Of a DNA stretch of 64,000 bases, positions 18,915 to 28,336 are shown piece after piece (position 1 is the stretch's first letter; each line of letters opens with the position of its first letter). The notes beneath the pieces are model-generated. The model did no database searches, had not been told where the DNA came from, and saw nothing but the letters and a program-made list of their open reading frames with translations. The stretch is from positions 39,242 to 103,241 of the IMG/VR virus record IMGVR_UViG_3300015262_000003; one strand, written 5' to 3'. Source of the stretch: a virus (Duplodnaviria; Heunggongvirae; Uroviricota; Caudoviricetes). The translations under genes were made by a program, and so were the position numbers.

Positions 18915-18953
18915 AACTCTCTCCTATAAAACAAAGGGGCTTTCGCCCCATAA

Positions 18954-20864
18954 TCAAAACTCAGGTTCTAACATTCTTGCAGGTGGATCAGGTGTTTTAT
19001 CTTCTCCATATGATACTTGTCCATACTTCTTAGCAATCCAGTCCTCATAATCAACAACTTTACGAGTTTCACCATCGTAGTACAATTGCTGAATTGGACC
19101 AGTGATACCACCCCTGCATTTTGGCATATCAACATGTGTCAAGTTCTTAACGATTGGATCAGTGCTCATCTTGTCACGACTAAGGACAATGTTAATTGCA
19201 GCTGATTGAACAAAGCTACTACTACCAAATGCATCATACTCAGTTGCCTTACGGAAAGTACCATCAGCGTTAGTTGGAGGTTTACGTGTATGCAATACGT
19301 TGACGATTGTTACGCCAGTTTTAAGCATACGTTTTTGCCACATCATGTGGTCTTCTTGAGCGTCAGCATTACTACCACGAAGAATGTCAGTCAATACGTC
19401 AATAACAAGAATACGGCAGCCATGCTGGTTGACCAGTTTCTCACACTGAGATTCCAGCATTTTGATATTACCATCTCGTTCATCGAGAATAGCAAACCGG
19501 CTTTCTCCAAACTCATTGGTCAACAGATTATCATAGAGTTCCATAACATCAGGACGATCTAGATAATCAATAATATCCTGACCTTCACCAATCCAAAGAA
19601 GGTTCTTCTCAAGGTGAATAGACAGTAAATCAATGGTATATTGACCAGCTGTTGCTTCCAAGCTTACAACACCCACTTTCTCAGGCGCGTTAAACAACCA
19701 GTAATAAACAATGTCGTTAACGTGAGTTGTTTTACCAACAGATGTGTCACCAATGATATTCACCATACGACCTTGTTGAATACCACCTTTCATCGCCAGC
19801 TGAAGTTTATTCAAATGGAATGGAAGTGTGATCCTTGGACGTAGGAGTTCATCCTTAACCTGACCCATCAAGTCAGCAGATGACTGAATACCAGAAGAAA
19901 CAAGAGGTTTTGCAGAATAGAAATCACGACAGAATTGCGGAGCTTTACCAGCCAACAACATCTTATTGGGATCTTTGTCTGACCACAATGCAATCTTGAC
20001 TTTATCCTTTGGAAGTACAGCGGAAATTGCTTTAGCTGCTTTAATACCAGCTTCATCATTATCCATACCAATGATGATTTGTTCATACATATCACAGAAT
20101 GAATACTGTGCTGCCACTTGGTTAGCGCAACTGTTCTCACCAGTTGTTGGGCTCACGACGTGTACCGAGTCAAACCCGGCGTTCTTTGTATTAGCTTTAC
20201 GGTTTTCATCAAGCATTTGATAGGCGGCAACTTTATCCTCTTCACCACCAACAATCAACAAATACTTACCACCAGAGTTAAACTTGACCTGTCCTGACAG
20301 TTGATTCTTACTGCCTGTGTTACCGATTGGACTATGGAAGCTCTTAGGGTGATGTCTTGCCTTGTACCCGGAAATACGTCCCTTGGTATTACTCTCAGGG
20401 TAGTAACGGGTTTTCACATTACCTTTATCATCAAGCTTGGACAAGTGACCGTAAAACTTGTTGTACTCATCCTTAATACCACGATACCCATCACTCACAT
20501 AACCTGTACTTTTAATAAGACTTACAATATCGTTGCGATCCATTTCTGGATGACAATCAACGACTACTTCCGATTCACTCACCCGCAATTTCTCCACTTT
20601 GTAGTCTTCATACGTAATGCCAAGGATCGACATTGCCTTATCACGCGCTTCTGCAAAGTTCTCGTCTAGATCAATCCCCTCTTCTTCTGCTACCCAATTG
20701 AAAACATTACCACCACTTCCACAACCATAACAATAATAAGAATGGTTGTGGTCATAGATCGTCATGGAACCTGAACGTTCTTTATGGAATGGACAAACCA
20801 TCTTGTCATCATTTCCAACTTTCGGATGGTAATGAAGTATTACTTTACGAATCAAGCTTGTCAA
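18954..20864 (-). CDS. bifunctional DNA primase/helicase (T7 gp4-like)
   Basis: 636 aa; zinc-finger CPFH...CYGCG, TOPRIM GGEEDK...MDNDEAG, DnaB-like helicase Walker A GDTSVGKTT; TTG start at 20864 preceded by a strong SD AAGGAGG. Confidence 0.8.
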   Translation of the reverse strand: MTSLIRKVILHYHPKVGNDDKMVCPFHKERSGSMTIYDHNHSYYCYGCGSGGNVFNWVAEEEGIDLDENFAEARDKAMSILGITYEDYKVEKLRVSESEVVVDCHPEMDRNDIVSLIKSTGYVSDGYRGIKDEYNKFYGHLSKLDDKGNVKTRYYPESNTKGRISGYKARHHPKSFHSPIGNTGSKNQLSGQVKFNSGGKYLLIVGGEEDKVAAYQMLDENRKANTKNAGFDSVHVVSPTTGENSCANQVAAQYSFCDMYEQIIIGMDNDEAGIKAAKAISAVLPKDKVKIALWSDKDPNKMLLAGKAPQFCRDFYSAKPLVSSGIQSSADLMGQVKDELLRPRITLPFHLNKLQLAMKGGIQQGRMVNIIGDTSVGKTTHVNDIVYYWLFNAPEKVGVVSLEATAGQYTIDLLSIHLEKNLLWIGEGQDIIDYLDRPDVMELYDNLLTNEFGESRFAILDERDGNIKMLESQCEKLVNQHGCRILVIDVLTDILRGSNADAQEDHMMWQKRMLKTGVTIVNVLHTRKPPTNADGTFRKATEYDAFGSSSFVQSAAINIVLSRDKMSTDPIVKNLTHVDMPKCRGGITGPIQQLYYDGETRKVVDYEDWIAKKYGQVSYGEDKTPDPPARMLEPEF

Positions 20865-20865
20865 T

Positions 20866-21044
20866 CATTCCTCCTTACTTAGACGTTCCTCTAGATACTC
20901 ACTGATCTTATACAGAAGTTCAAACTGAGACATTTCATTCACCAACTGTTCAGGATAAGAATCCTCATGCCATCCACGAAGATGTTCATGTTTGTTTTGT
21001 TGAAAGTACATCCAACCAGTTATTTCTTCAAATAATGTGTTCAT
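20866..21044 (-). CDS. hypothetical protein (59 aa, not in ORF track)
   Basis: manual translation MNTLFEEITGWMYFQQNKHEHLRGWHEDSYPEQLVNEMSQFELLYKISEYLEERLSKEE; its last codons form the primase SD. Confidence 0.35.
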
Positions 21045-21222
21045 TCAGGAAGTCTCGCAGAAATTTAGCTTGTTGGTTTGTAATAGCAATACATGTTGTA
21101 TCTACGCCATCTAATTTCAACCAAACTGCAACTTTCTCCCGTTTGTCATCTCCGTAAATTTCAATATTGAATTTATCTTGATCTTCAATATTACAACTAA
21201 TAGACATATCTTTCTTGCTCAT
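21028..21222 (-). CDS. hypothetical protein
   Basis: 64 aa ORF. Confidence 0.4.
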   Translation of the reverse strand: MSKKDMSISCNIEDQDKFNIEIYGDDKREKVAVWLKLDGVDTTCIAITNQQAKFLRDFLNEHII

Positions 21223-21545
21223 TTAATACTCTCCAAATATTGTTTAATTTCACGAACTGTCGGATCACTATTGTACATATACTCAGGACTATCACAGCTT
21301 CCGCCAGCAATAATAATTGCATGATACCCAGCATCATATGTTCTTTTCATTGCGAGCAACAATGTTTCAACATGAGTTGTCAATGTCTGAATCTTTAGTT
21401 GATCAGCTTCCCACTGTGCTTGCCGCAAAGGAGCATATCGACACGATTCACATTCATGTTCATCATCACCGATTACAAAACAGATAGTACGAGAACCGCA
21501 AGTATCACAATCTGCATATTCTGTTTTATTCATGTAACTCACCAA
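21219..21545 (-). CDS. hypothetical zinc-ribbon protein
   Basis: 108 aa; CDTCGS...CESC cysteine pairs. Confidence 0.45.
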   Translation of the reverse strand: MVSYMNKTEYADCDTCGSRTICFVIGDDEHECESCRYAPLRQAQWEADQLKIQTLTTHVETLLLAMKRTYDAGYHAIIIAGGSCDSPEYMYNSDPTVREIKQYLESIK

Positions 21546-21697
21546 TCTTCTGATAAATCTCAGCTAGTGCATCAAGCATATCTTGTTTGAATGTATCTTT
21601 ACCATACCAACTCATTGTTGCACCTTCCACATTTCAACTTTCCATTTGATACTAGGAACAGCCATAACCCAAGTGTACCACACCAATGCTGGAATAA

Positions 21698-22018
21698 TCA
21701 TTTATGTTTATCACACTGATTGTAAGACCATTCGGCAAACTTCTGAACGTATTCATCTTTATTCTCTTGCATATTCATAATCGAATACATGGAGAATGCT
21801 TCTTTTACCAAAGCAATACGACCAGCGTCCCCATTAGCATCTACCATCATTTTAGGCAGAGATACACCAGCTTGACGATTCTTCATAATGTCTTCAGCCA
21901 CAGAATAAACATACAGACATTGTTCGTCATCGGCGCGCACTTGCATAGGTGTGACCAAAGCTGATAGTGCTAGTGAACCAACTGCTACAGCGAGCAGTAG
22001 TTTCTTATAAGTTGTCAT
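21698..22018 (-). CDS. secreted/periplasmic hypothetical protein (signal peptide)
   Basis: 106 aa; N-terminal KKLLLAVAVGSLALSALVTPMQVRA signal-peptide-like. Confidence 0.45.
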   Translation of the reverse strand: MTTYKKLLLAVAVGSLALSALVTPMQVRADDEQCLYVYSVAEDIMKNRQAGVSLPKMMVDANGDAGRIALVKEAFSMYSIMNMQENKDEYVQKFAEWSYNQCDKHK

Positions 22019-22024
22019 TTAATC

Positions 22025-22243
22025 TTAACTCCTTTCATCTCGTTCACGAGCTTCATAATAAGCATCCTCAATTTGTTGTTCATAGTCATCAATCTTATTC
22101 AACAAAGCATGAATAAGATTATCACCAATCAAATCGTCATCACGCCAAGGTTCACCGTTACGAAAGCATTTAAGCATATAACCACCTGTTCGCACAAGCT
22201 TATATTTACCATCATCTAATACATACTCAGTGACATTGGTCAT
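22025..22243 (-). CDS. hypothetical protein
   Basis: 72 aa ORF. Confidence 0.4.
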   Translation of the reverse strand: MTNVTEYVLDDGKYKLVRTGGYMLKCFRNGEPWRDDDLIGDNLIHALLNKIDDYEQQIEDAYYEARERDERS

Positions 22244-22539
22244 TTCACTTCCTCAATTTCAAATTCGGTATAATCAGCAGACTTAGAAATAGAAACACCA
22301 CTTTCTTTGATATTCTTTTCTTTATTATGATAACTCAATGGACCAACACCCTCACAGAAATTATCGTCATTGACCAGAATACAATGTGCGACATGTTCAA
22401 GCAACTCTTCATTGTCCTCAATCTGAAACATATAACTTGAGAACCCTTTCATCCACTCTTCCGTGATGATTGAGTCGTCAATCTTAACAACCATTTCTTT
22501 CTCAATGATTGCTTTTACTTTATAAGTGCGAATTGTCAT
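22240..22539 (-). CDS. hypothetical protein
   Basis: 99 aa ORF. Confidence 0.45.
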   Translation of the reverse strand: MTIRTYKVKAIIEKEMVVKIDDSIITEEWMKGFSSYMFQIEDNEELLEHVAHCILVNDDNFCEGVGPLSYHNKEKNIKESGVSISKSADYTEFEIEEVK

Positions 22540-22757
22540 TTGTAATAATCATCCAAGTAACCAGCGATTGTATAAATTGTACCATACTGCCGACTGTACT
22601 TAACATAACCGACAGGCTGTTCACCAGACCAAGCAGTCAAGTTTCGCACCCATTCTTGATGGTTATGAGTTGGACCTACATCGTAGCCACTGTTATAACC
22701 ACCACAACGCTCCATTACATCTTTAAACCGAGCTTCACTAACAGTCACCCATCTCAT
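22536..22757 (-). CDS. hypothetical protein
   Basis: 73 aa ORF. Confidence 0.4.
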   Translation of the reverse strand: MRWVTVSEARFKDVMERCGGYNSGYDVGPTHNHQEWVRNLTAWSGEQPVGYVKYSRQYGTIYTIAGYLDDYYK

Positions 22758-22960
22758 TCTGGTTTATCCAATTCAGTTAAAAGTTTATCCATTTTACGAC
22801 GAATCCTCACAACTTCCATTGCGAGCGCTGTGTATTCATTCCAGCGATCATTACCAATAATGTCATGATAAGTCCTATAGAATTCAGTAATTTCTAGAGG
22901 TGTAAGACTCTGTACGAGTATCCTTGCAAACTCACCAATAGCTTCACGATCTACTGACAT
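22754..22960 (-). CDS. hypothetical protein
   Basis: 68 aa ORF. Confidence 0.4.
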   Translation of the reverse strand: MSVDREAIGEFARILVQSLTPLEITEFYRTYHDIIGNDRWNEYTALAMEVVRIRRKMDKLLTELDKPE

Positions 22961-23400
22961 TCTGGTTTCTTCCCAATCAATCGATCTTCAACCACGTTAT
23001 ACATCAGTTCTTCCAACCGAGCAAGTATGTACCCTTTATCAAGATTGGCAATGACTTCTTCTACACGATCTTTAACCAAATGTTGGCTGTCATCAATCGA
23101 TTGTTGTAGAAATGTCCAACCTTTAGATGCTTCTTTCTCCCAAGCATTGGCTGGACCGAAAACAGTGTGAGTGGACAAACCATTAATAACACCAATCGCT
23201 TTATCACGAATGATTTCAGACAGCTGTCCATCCATTTGCTGATTAACCATTTCAGCTACAGCTGTATACGCTGCATTACTAAAGATACGTTCAGCATCTT
23301 GCATAAACTTAACAGTACAGTGGCGTTTAAATTCTGTACGAGCAATCTCACGCTTATCGTCTTCTGACAAGTAATCGTCAATATCAAATGTGATATTCAT
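22951..23400 (-). CDS. hypothetical protein
   Basis: start moved to the internal ATG (MNITFDIDDY) to remove overlap with the upstream gene. Confidence 0.45.
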   Translation of the reverse strand: MNITFDIDDYLSEDDKREIARTEFKRHCTVKFMQDAERIFSNAAYTAVAEMVNQQMDGQLSEIIRDKAIGVINGLSTHTVFGPANAWEKEASKGWTFLQQSIDDSQHLVKDRVEEVIANLDKGYILARLEELMYNVVEDRLIGKKPECQ

Positions 23401-23434
23401 TACATAACTCCTTAATAAAAATGAATAACAGATG

Positions 23435-23659
23435 TTAGTAAGCCAAACACTCAGAACTTTGATCGCTATAATAAGCCACCACCACAAAATCAGGCAACGA
23501 CTCTACAGGAAAACCGTTCTCCACAAAAGTATTAAATTGCTTTCGTTCTTTATTTGCAAATGTTTTACATTCTTCCAAGGATGTGCTATGAAAAATTGCA
23601 ATACCACTCAATTCTTGTTGGAACAATACCACTTCATAGCCTACTACTTCAATATTCAT
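23435..23659 (-). CDS. hypothetical protein
   Basis: start at the internal ATG (MNIEVVGYEV), ATGA overlap with the upstream gene. Confidence 0.4.
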   Translation of the reverse strand: MNIEVVGYEVVLFQQELSGIAIFHSTSLEECKTFANKERKQFNTFVENGFPVESLPDFVVVAYYSDQSSECLAY

Positions 23660-23886
23660 TTCATCTCTCCTAGTTGTTTTGGAACAGCGATCATAACACA
23701 CATTTCGCTTCGTGGTAGGGATATTTCACATTGATCAATCATTTGACCATATGTCTTCAACTTTTCAATACCGGGAGAAGTCCCAACTAAAATTGCTGTT
23801 GCCATGAAACCAAGGACGATACCAACACATAGAACACCAATTTTACTACCTTTACCTTTCAAATCACTATCATTTTCCATTGACAA
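23656..23886 (-). CDS. small membrane protein (1 TM)
   Basis: 76 aa; hydrophobic segment IGVLCVGIVLGFMATAILVG. Confidence 0.45.
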   Translation of the reverse strand: MSMENDSDLKGKGSKIGVLCVGIVLGFMATAILVGTSPGIEKLKTYGQMIDQCEISLPRSEMCVMIAVPKQLGEMK

Positions 23887-24103
23887 CCACCATTGCTTGT
23901 TGTGCGTGTTTCATGTTGAAATATCGACGGACATAATATCCACGAGTGATGGACCAGACAGTGCACAACACTGTTGTTGCTACACCAATCACCCAATGTG
24001 TTGTGAAAAGAGCAAGGATACCCATTGTAATACCAAACGATCCAAGCATACCAATGAAGGTGTTGGACAGTGTTTCGATCATACTCTGACGCTTAGTTTG
24101 CAT
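23870..24103 (-). CDS. small membrane protein (2 TM), holin-like topology
   Basis: 77 aa; two hydrophobic helices; function not determinable. Confidence 0.4.
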   Translation of the reverse strand: MQTKRQSMIETLSNTFIGMLGSFGITMGILALFTTHWVIGVATTVLCTVWSITRGYYVRRYFNMKHAQQAMVVVNGK

Positions 24104-24303
24104 TATACACCTCTATCCGCATCAAATGCATACCAATCATTCTCACGATCCCAAACAAATCCTAGGTTGAACATTATATCACTGTCCAAGTTCCAACTGT
24201 CATCTTGCACGAAGATGTAACCATCATAACATGCATTAATTATACAATCATGATTAACAGTACGAAGGTAGTCGATTAATGCTCCCATTTCTTTAACGTT
24301 CAT
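24103..24303 (-). CDS. hypothetical protein
   Basis: 66 aa ORF. Confidence 0.4.
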   Translation of the reverse strand: MNVKEMGALIDYLRTVNHDCIINACYDGYIFVQDDSWNLDSDIMFNLGFVWDRENDWYAFDADRGV

Positions 24304-24593
24304 TTATTCAAAACCTCTTCAGCTCGTTTCCACAAAGCCAAATCATCAAGAAGTGACAGTGTACCATGTTCATCAGTAGTCCAGTCAATAAAAGCTTTCA
24401 AAACTGCTTCTAGTTCTTCAATCCGAGCTTCAGTTTTCAAAGACAATTCAGCAGCATCATGTCGTGCATCACCATACCTTCCAATCAGGATGGACAATGC
24501 AAGAATCATTTCAAGACTCGTTGAATCTGAAGCAATCCAAGACAGTTCTGATTGAATCTTATCAGCCAACTCACTACATTCATAAGTGTTCAT
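24300..24593 (-). CDS. hypothetical protein
   Basis: 97 aa ORF. Confidence 0.45.
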   Translation of the reverse strand: MNTYECSELADKIQSELSWIASDSTSLEMILALSILIGRYGDARHDAAELSLKTEARIEELEAVLKAFIDWTTDEHGTLSLLDDLALWKRAEEVLNK

Positions 24594-24844
24594 TTATTCT
24601 CTCCAGAATTCATTAATTTAATTGCTGCTTGCCATACGATCCAATCTTGTTTAGCAGGTTCCCAAGCATAATCCCCTTTGTCATCTTTATCAAGACGATA
24701 ACCGCGTCTTTTCATGCGAATGTACCATTCATAGTGCTGTAAAAACCACGCTTGAAACGTCTCTTCTACCTTATCCATACCAACACCTGTCTTCGTGTCT
24801 ATCGTTGATTTGGTGAGTATAAACCCGCATAGAAAGGGTGTCAA
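24590..24844 (-). CDS. hypothetical protein
   Basis: 84 aa ORF. Confidence 0.45.
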   Translation of the reverse strand: MTPFLCGFILTKSTIDTKTGVGMDKVEETFQAWFLQHYEWYIRMKRRGYRLDKDDKGDYAWEPAKQDWIVWQAAIKLMNSGENK

Positions 24845-24980
24845 GAGTTGATTTTAGTTATTTGGATATAATTCCTCATCAAATTGTGCTTCCAACCACA
24901 ACAGTGCAAAGTCACTATAGCTGAGCTTACCAGATTTATACAACTCATTAAGCTCTTTCTCTCGTTCACTGATTGTCATT

Positions 24981-25340
24981 TTACACTCTATTCTTCTGTT
25001 TATAGTCAGGTTTGTATTTCTTTCGCAACTCATTACCAGCCAATCTAACTGAAATCTTTGACGATTTTGCTAGATCGTGAATCTCCTGATGGTGGTCACG
25101 ACACAGAGCGATAATGCATCGTAATTCGTTATCTGTCAACAACCATTTGTACGATGTGTGGTGCAATTCAATCTTGGTCGAATTGCAGAATTCACACTTC
25201 TTGTAATTCGGGCGCTTATATGCTTTTAACTTAACGACCTTCCAGTGGTCAGACAGAAGATACTCACCGTATGTCATTTTACCAAGATTTATAGATCGTC
25301 TGTCCCATGTGTCTGCATATATTTCATCTAACTCTTTCAT
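24981..25340 (-). CDS. small HNH-motif nuclease-like protein
   Basis: 119 aa; CEFCNSTKIELHHTSY ... LCRDHHQEIH (C-x2-C...HH...C-x2-HH); first gene of the leftward block. Confidence 0.5.
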   Translation of the reverse strand: MKELDEIYADTWDRRSINLGKMTYGEYLLSDHWKVVKLKAYKRPNYKKCEFCNSTKIELHHTSYKWLLTDNELRCIIALCRDHHQEIHDLAKSSKISVRLAGNELRKKYKPDYKQKNRV

Positions 25341-25800
25341 ATTATCCTTGATTGTTATTGATATTTAATCACCCTTGGAGAGCAAATCCAGAGTAAACTT
25401 CTCCTAGGAAATCCCCATACTCAAATAATGAGCCTAAGAGGAAATCTTAGAAGAACTCGTAGATTCACTCTCCAAGATAAGTATCACCCTCGGAGCCGCA
25501 ACATCCCCCACACTACATGGGAACACATCTAACAAGGATGTGTAGAGTAGAAATATCTTTGCAACCAGAATATTCCCAAGGTATGCTTCCACCGTTGCTG
25601 GTGGCTAGCCGGGTCATACCTGAACCTTTCGATCCACTTCCCCCGTTGAGCCTGCGTCCTTTTCTCTTTAATGTGGTACAAGGCAGTTTACCCAAAAACT
25701 CCCACACGAGACAGGCTTGTTTCCTGTCATAAGTCGCCATAGTAGCAACCGAAAGTCGATTCTGTCAACCTTTCGAGTAAAATAAATTAAAAGAAATGTG

Positions 25801-25828
25801 TTGACATGGTTTTTTATCAGTGTAGAAT
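25801..25828 (+). promoter_or_regulatory. sigma70-type promoter (TTGACA-N16-TGTAGAAT) for the rightward early block
   Basis: ttgaca 25801-25806, extended -10 tgtagaat ending 25828; RBS AAAGGAG and ATG at 25854. Confidence 0.6.
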
Positions 25829-25853
25829 GGGCGACATACCAAAGGAGATACAC

Positions 25854-26036
25854 ATGAAAAACTCAGCAGTGAAAGCAATGGTCGCCAATCAGTATCCAAA
25901 TGTTGAACTTAGTGATATCAACGTGACTTTTGACATTTTTATTGAAGGTTCTTACGAATTCGTGGTTTCCCTGATAGAGAACAATGAATTCAAGCAATTC
26001 AAAGTAGTAGTCAAAATGGAAGAGAATCAGAAATGA
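25854..26036 (+). CDS. hypothetical protein
   Basis: 60 aa from the ATG after the promoter (the ORF-track start lies upstream of the promoter). Confidence 0.45.
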   Translation: MKNSAVKAMVANQYPNVELSDINVTFDIFIEGSYEFVVSLIENNEFKQFKVVVKMEENQK

Positions 26037-26278
26037 ACAAGCCAACCAACATCAACAATGCACCAAAGAATGCCACTCATTGGGCTCCTGAGACAGACAA
26101 TTGGTTGGAATGCTACTATAGACTAGAGAATGGATTGTGGTATCATGTCAGCGACTATTGGGCGAGTGATGTTGAAGAACGTCCTTATGGATTACCTGCA
26201 AAGTCGTGGAAAAATGATGGTACACCAACCCTGAAACGCCCACTCACTGATTTGATTCCATTGGAGCAATTGAAATGA
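26033..26278 (+). CDS. hypothetical protein
   Basis: 81 aa, ATGA overlap. Confidence 0.45.
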   Translation: MNKPTNINNAPKNATHWAPETDNWLECYYRLENGLWYHVSDYWASDVEERPYGLPAKSWKNDGTPTLKRPLTDLIPLEQLK

Positions 26279-26598
26279 CTAAGAAAGTAATTGACGTACT
26301 GCGTAAACACCAAGAGTGGACTTCTGAGATTGATGGTACAATTGATGAAGTGATTGCACGGTTGCAGAAGCTTAAAGAATCAACACCAGTAGGTAGTATA
26401 CTGATTCTGCAATATGAAACAGAGTATGGTCAGTGGGGTGATGATGACAGGCAAGTGATTCGTCTTTATGATCGGCGCCTTGAAACTGATCAAGAGTATG
26501 ATGAACGAATGACCAAAGAGGCTCTTGCTGAAATTCAACGACTGGATCAGAAACGTGCACAGCTTGCTGCACTGAAGAAAGAATTGGGAGAAGAGTGA
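26275..26598 (+). CDS. hypothetical protein
   Basis: 107 aa, ATGA overlap. Confidence 0.45.
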   Translation: MTKKVIDVLRKHQEWTSEIDGTIDEVIARLQKLKESTPVGSILILQYETEYGQWGDDDRQVIRLYDRRLETDQEYDERMTKEALAEIQRLDQKRAQLAALKKELGEE

Positions 26599-26789
26599 TG
26601 ATCAAGCTAAAACCAACAATGACAATGAAGAACGCAATCAAACAGATTGAAAAGAGAATGATTGCGGTTGGTAAGGAACGTGATAAACTCGATGAATTGA
26701 TTGGTGAGCTTGGTCATCTGAAAGAAAATTGTGACACAGCTTACGATGATCTTCAACACGCTCGTGATGCACTCTCGGAGTTGGTATGA
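26595..26789 (+). CDS. hypothetical protein
   Basis: 64 aa. Confidence 0.4.
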   Translation: MMIKLKPTMTMKNAIKQIEKRMIAVGKERDKLDELIGELGHLKENCDTAYDDLQHARDALSELV

Positions 26790-26953
26790 AAAAGGGTGGT
26801 TATCACGTTTCCACAAAGCACAAACCAAAGATGAGTAGTCATGTAGCAGCTTATTACACTCATTTGATGAATTCGATTGACACAGGATGTCCAATGCGAG
26901 ACTATTGCGCTAAGGATGTTTACGTGTATGACATTGTGAGTAATATGATATGA
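26786..26953 (+). CDS. hypothetical protein (55 aa, not in ORF track)
   Basis: manual: MKKGGYHVSTKHKPKMSSHVAAYYTHLMNSIDTGCPMRDYCAKDVYVYDIVSNMI; ATGA overlaps on both sides. Confidence 0.35.
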   Translation: MKKGGYHVSTKHKPKMSSHVAAYYTHLMNSIDTGCPMRDYCAKDVYVYDIVSNMI

Positions 26954-27180
26954 AAAAGGCACAGATTAAACGAAGCTGGGTTGTCTATCCTCCAAACTAC
27001 AGTTGGCAGAACAATGATGAGTTTTACTACATTCCTTTCCTTAAAGATGCTTGGAATAAGGCATGTTCATTAGGTGAAGGTGCCGAAGTAGTTGAGCAAA
27101 TTGAACATGTTCATAAAGATTACATGTCATGGACTGGTGGTCGCTCATTCACAGTAGAGAAACGTCGTAAATGGAACTAA
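26950..27180 (+). CDS. hypothetical protein
   Basis: 76 aa. Confidence 0.45.
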   Translation: MKKAQIKRSWVVYPPNYSWQNNDEFYYIPFLKDAWNKACSLGEGAEVVEQIEHVHKDYMSWTGGRSFTVEKRRKWN

Positions 27181-27485
27181 ACACACCTAATGCGAACACC
27201 TTGTGTGTTCTTCTGTTTATGTGTATAGTGACTACAGCTTTTGGACTGATCACCATGTACAATGGTGGTATAAATTTTAAAGAGATTGCTCAAATGAACA
27301 CAAAGTTTAACGAAGGATTGAAGATTGTAACTGGCACTGACAAGTATCAAGGTGTATACTGGATTGAATTGAACGGTGAAATTATTCATGGTGGTTTCAA
27401 CCGTATTCAAGCTGCTGAGGGTGAGCTTGCTCAATACCAAAAGATTTATGACGCTGGTGTACGCAAGGGAATTTTGCAGAAATGA
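27171..27485 (+). CDS. hypothetical membrane-anchored protein
   Basis: 104 aa; N-terminal TM LCVLLFMCIVTTAFGLITMY. Confidence 0.45.
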   Translation: MELNTPNANTLCVLLFMCIVTTAFGLITMYNGGINFKEIAQMNTKFNEGLKIVTGTDKYQGVYWIELNGEIIHGGFNRIQAAEGELAQYQKIYDAGVRKGILQK

Positions 27486-27682
27486 TTGACCATAAACAAC
27501 TTGTAATTGATGATCTTCAGCATACACTCTCAAAGATTGAGCGGGCTTTACGTGCCGCTGGATCAATCGAATTCCAATGTTACCACAACGCTCGTGATCG
27601 TCAATTAGCTGAAGAATTCCTGAAGATGGCGGATGATGCACGTCGTTCACTTAACTTTGCAAGCAGTGAGATGTTTTCATGA
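27482..27682 (+). CDS. hypothetical protein
   Basis: 66 aa. Confidence 0.4.
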   Translation: MIDHKQLVIDDLQHTLSKIERALRAAGSIEFQCYHNARDRQLAEEFLKMADDARRSLNFASSEMFS

Positions 27683-27876
27683 ACAATCTCTACGAACTGA
27701 TCTATACAAAAGAATATAATGGTGATGATTTTAATCCGTATATCACTGGATTGAGAGCCTATCAGATTATATCAACCAATGAGTTGAATGCCGCTGCTAG
27801 ATTGGGTCAAATCTATTTCGATGATACATTCACAATTGACATTGTGAAAATCACACTGATTAAGAGTAATGTATGA
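27679..27876 (+). CDS. hypothetical protein
   Basis: 65 aa. Confidence 0.4.
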   Translation: MNNLYELIYTKEYNGDDFNPYITGLRAYQIISTNELNAAARLGQIYFDDTFTIDIVKITLIKSNV

Positions 27877-28154
27877 ACAAAGTTCTTATAATTGGCGCTG
27901 GTGATGAATTGTCCTTGCGTAGTACACGCCTTCTTGCTATGCTAAGCGAACATTATCCAGAGATAGAAGTTGAGCATATGAATATTAAAGACAAACAAAT
28001 AATTGGTGATAATTGGGAGATTATAGCAGTTGATGAATTTAGTCAAATTGTAGGTCATCCTAGTCAATTACATCCAACAATCATTGCTGAATGTCCTGTT
28101 ATGATTAGCACAATTAAGAAGAAACCATATTATCGTCAAGGGGAACGCTGGTAA
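27873..28154 (+). CDS. hypothetical protein
   Basis: 93 aa. Confidence 0.45.
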   Translation: MNKVLIIGAGDELSLRSTRLLAMLSEHYPEIEVEHMNIKDKQIIGDNWEIIAVDEFSQIVGHPSQLHPTIIAECPVMISTIKKKPYYRQGERW

Positions 28155-28336
28155 TGAAAGTATATATTCTCTATTCATACTACTATGACAACTGTGATGA
28201 ATGGGATCATTTGATTGACATTTTCGATTCAGAAGAGAAAGCAATCATGGCTCAAATTGAAGAAGAAGATCAGGATCACTATAAATCTGATCCAGATCAT
28301 TACAGAACGCAAATCAATTGTTACGAGGTTAAGTAA
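28154..28336 (+). CDS. hypothetical protein
   Basis: 60 aa. Confidence 0.4.
   Translation: MKVYILYSYYYDNCDEWDHLIDIFDSEEKAIMAQIEEEDQDHYKSDPDHYRTQINCYEVK

Noticed and set aside
25513-25740. Two mutually overlapping ORFs (75 aa on -, 71 aa on +) in the divergent intergenic region
   Set aside because: Mirror-image overlap, Gly/Ser/Pro low-complexity, no RBS; the region is better explained as structured non-coding DNA.
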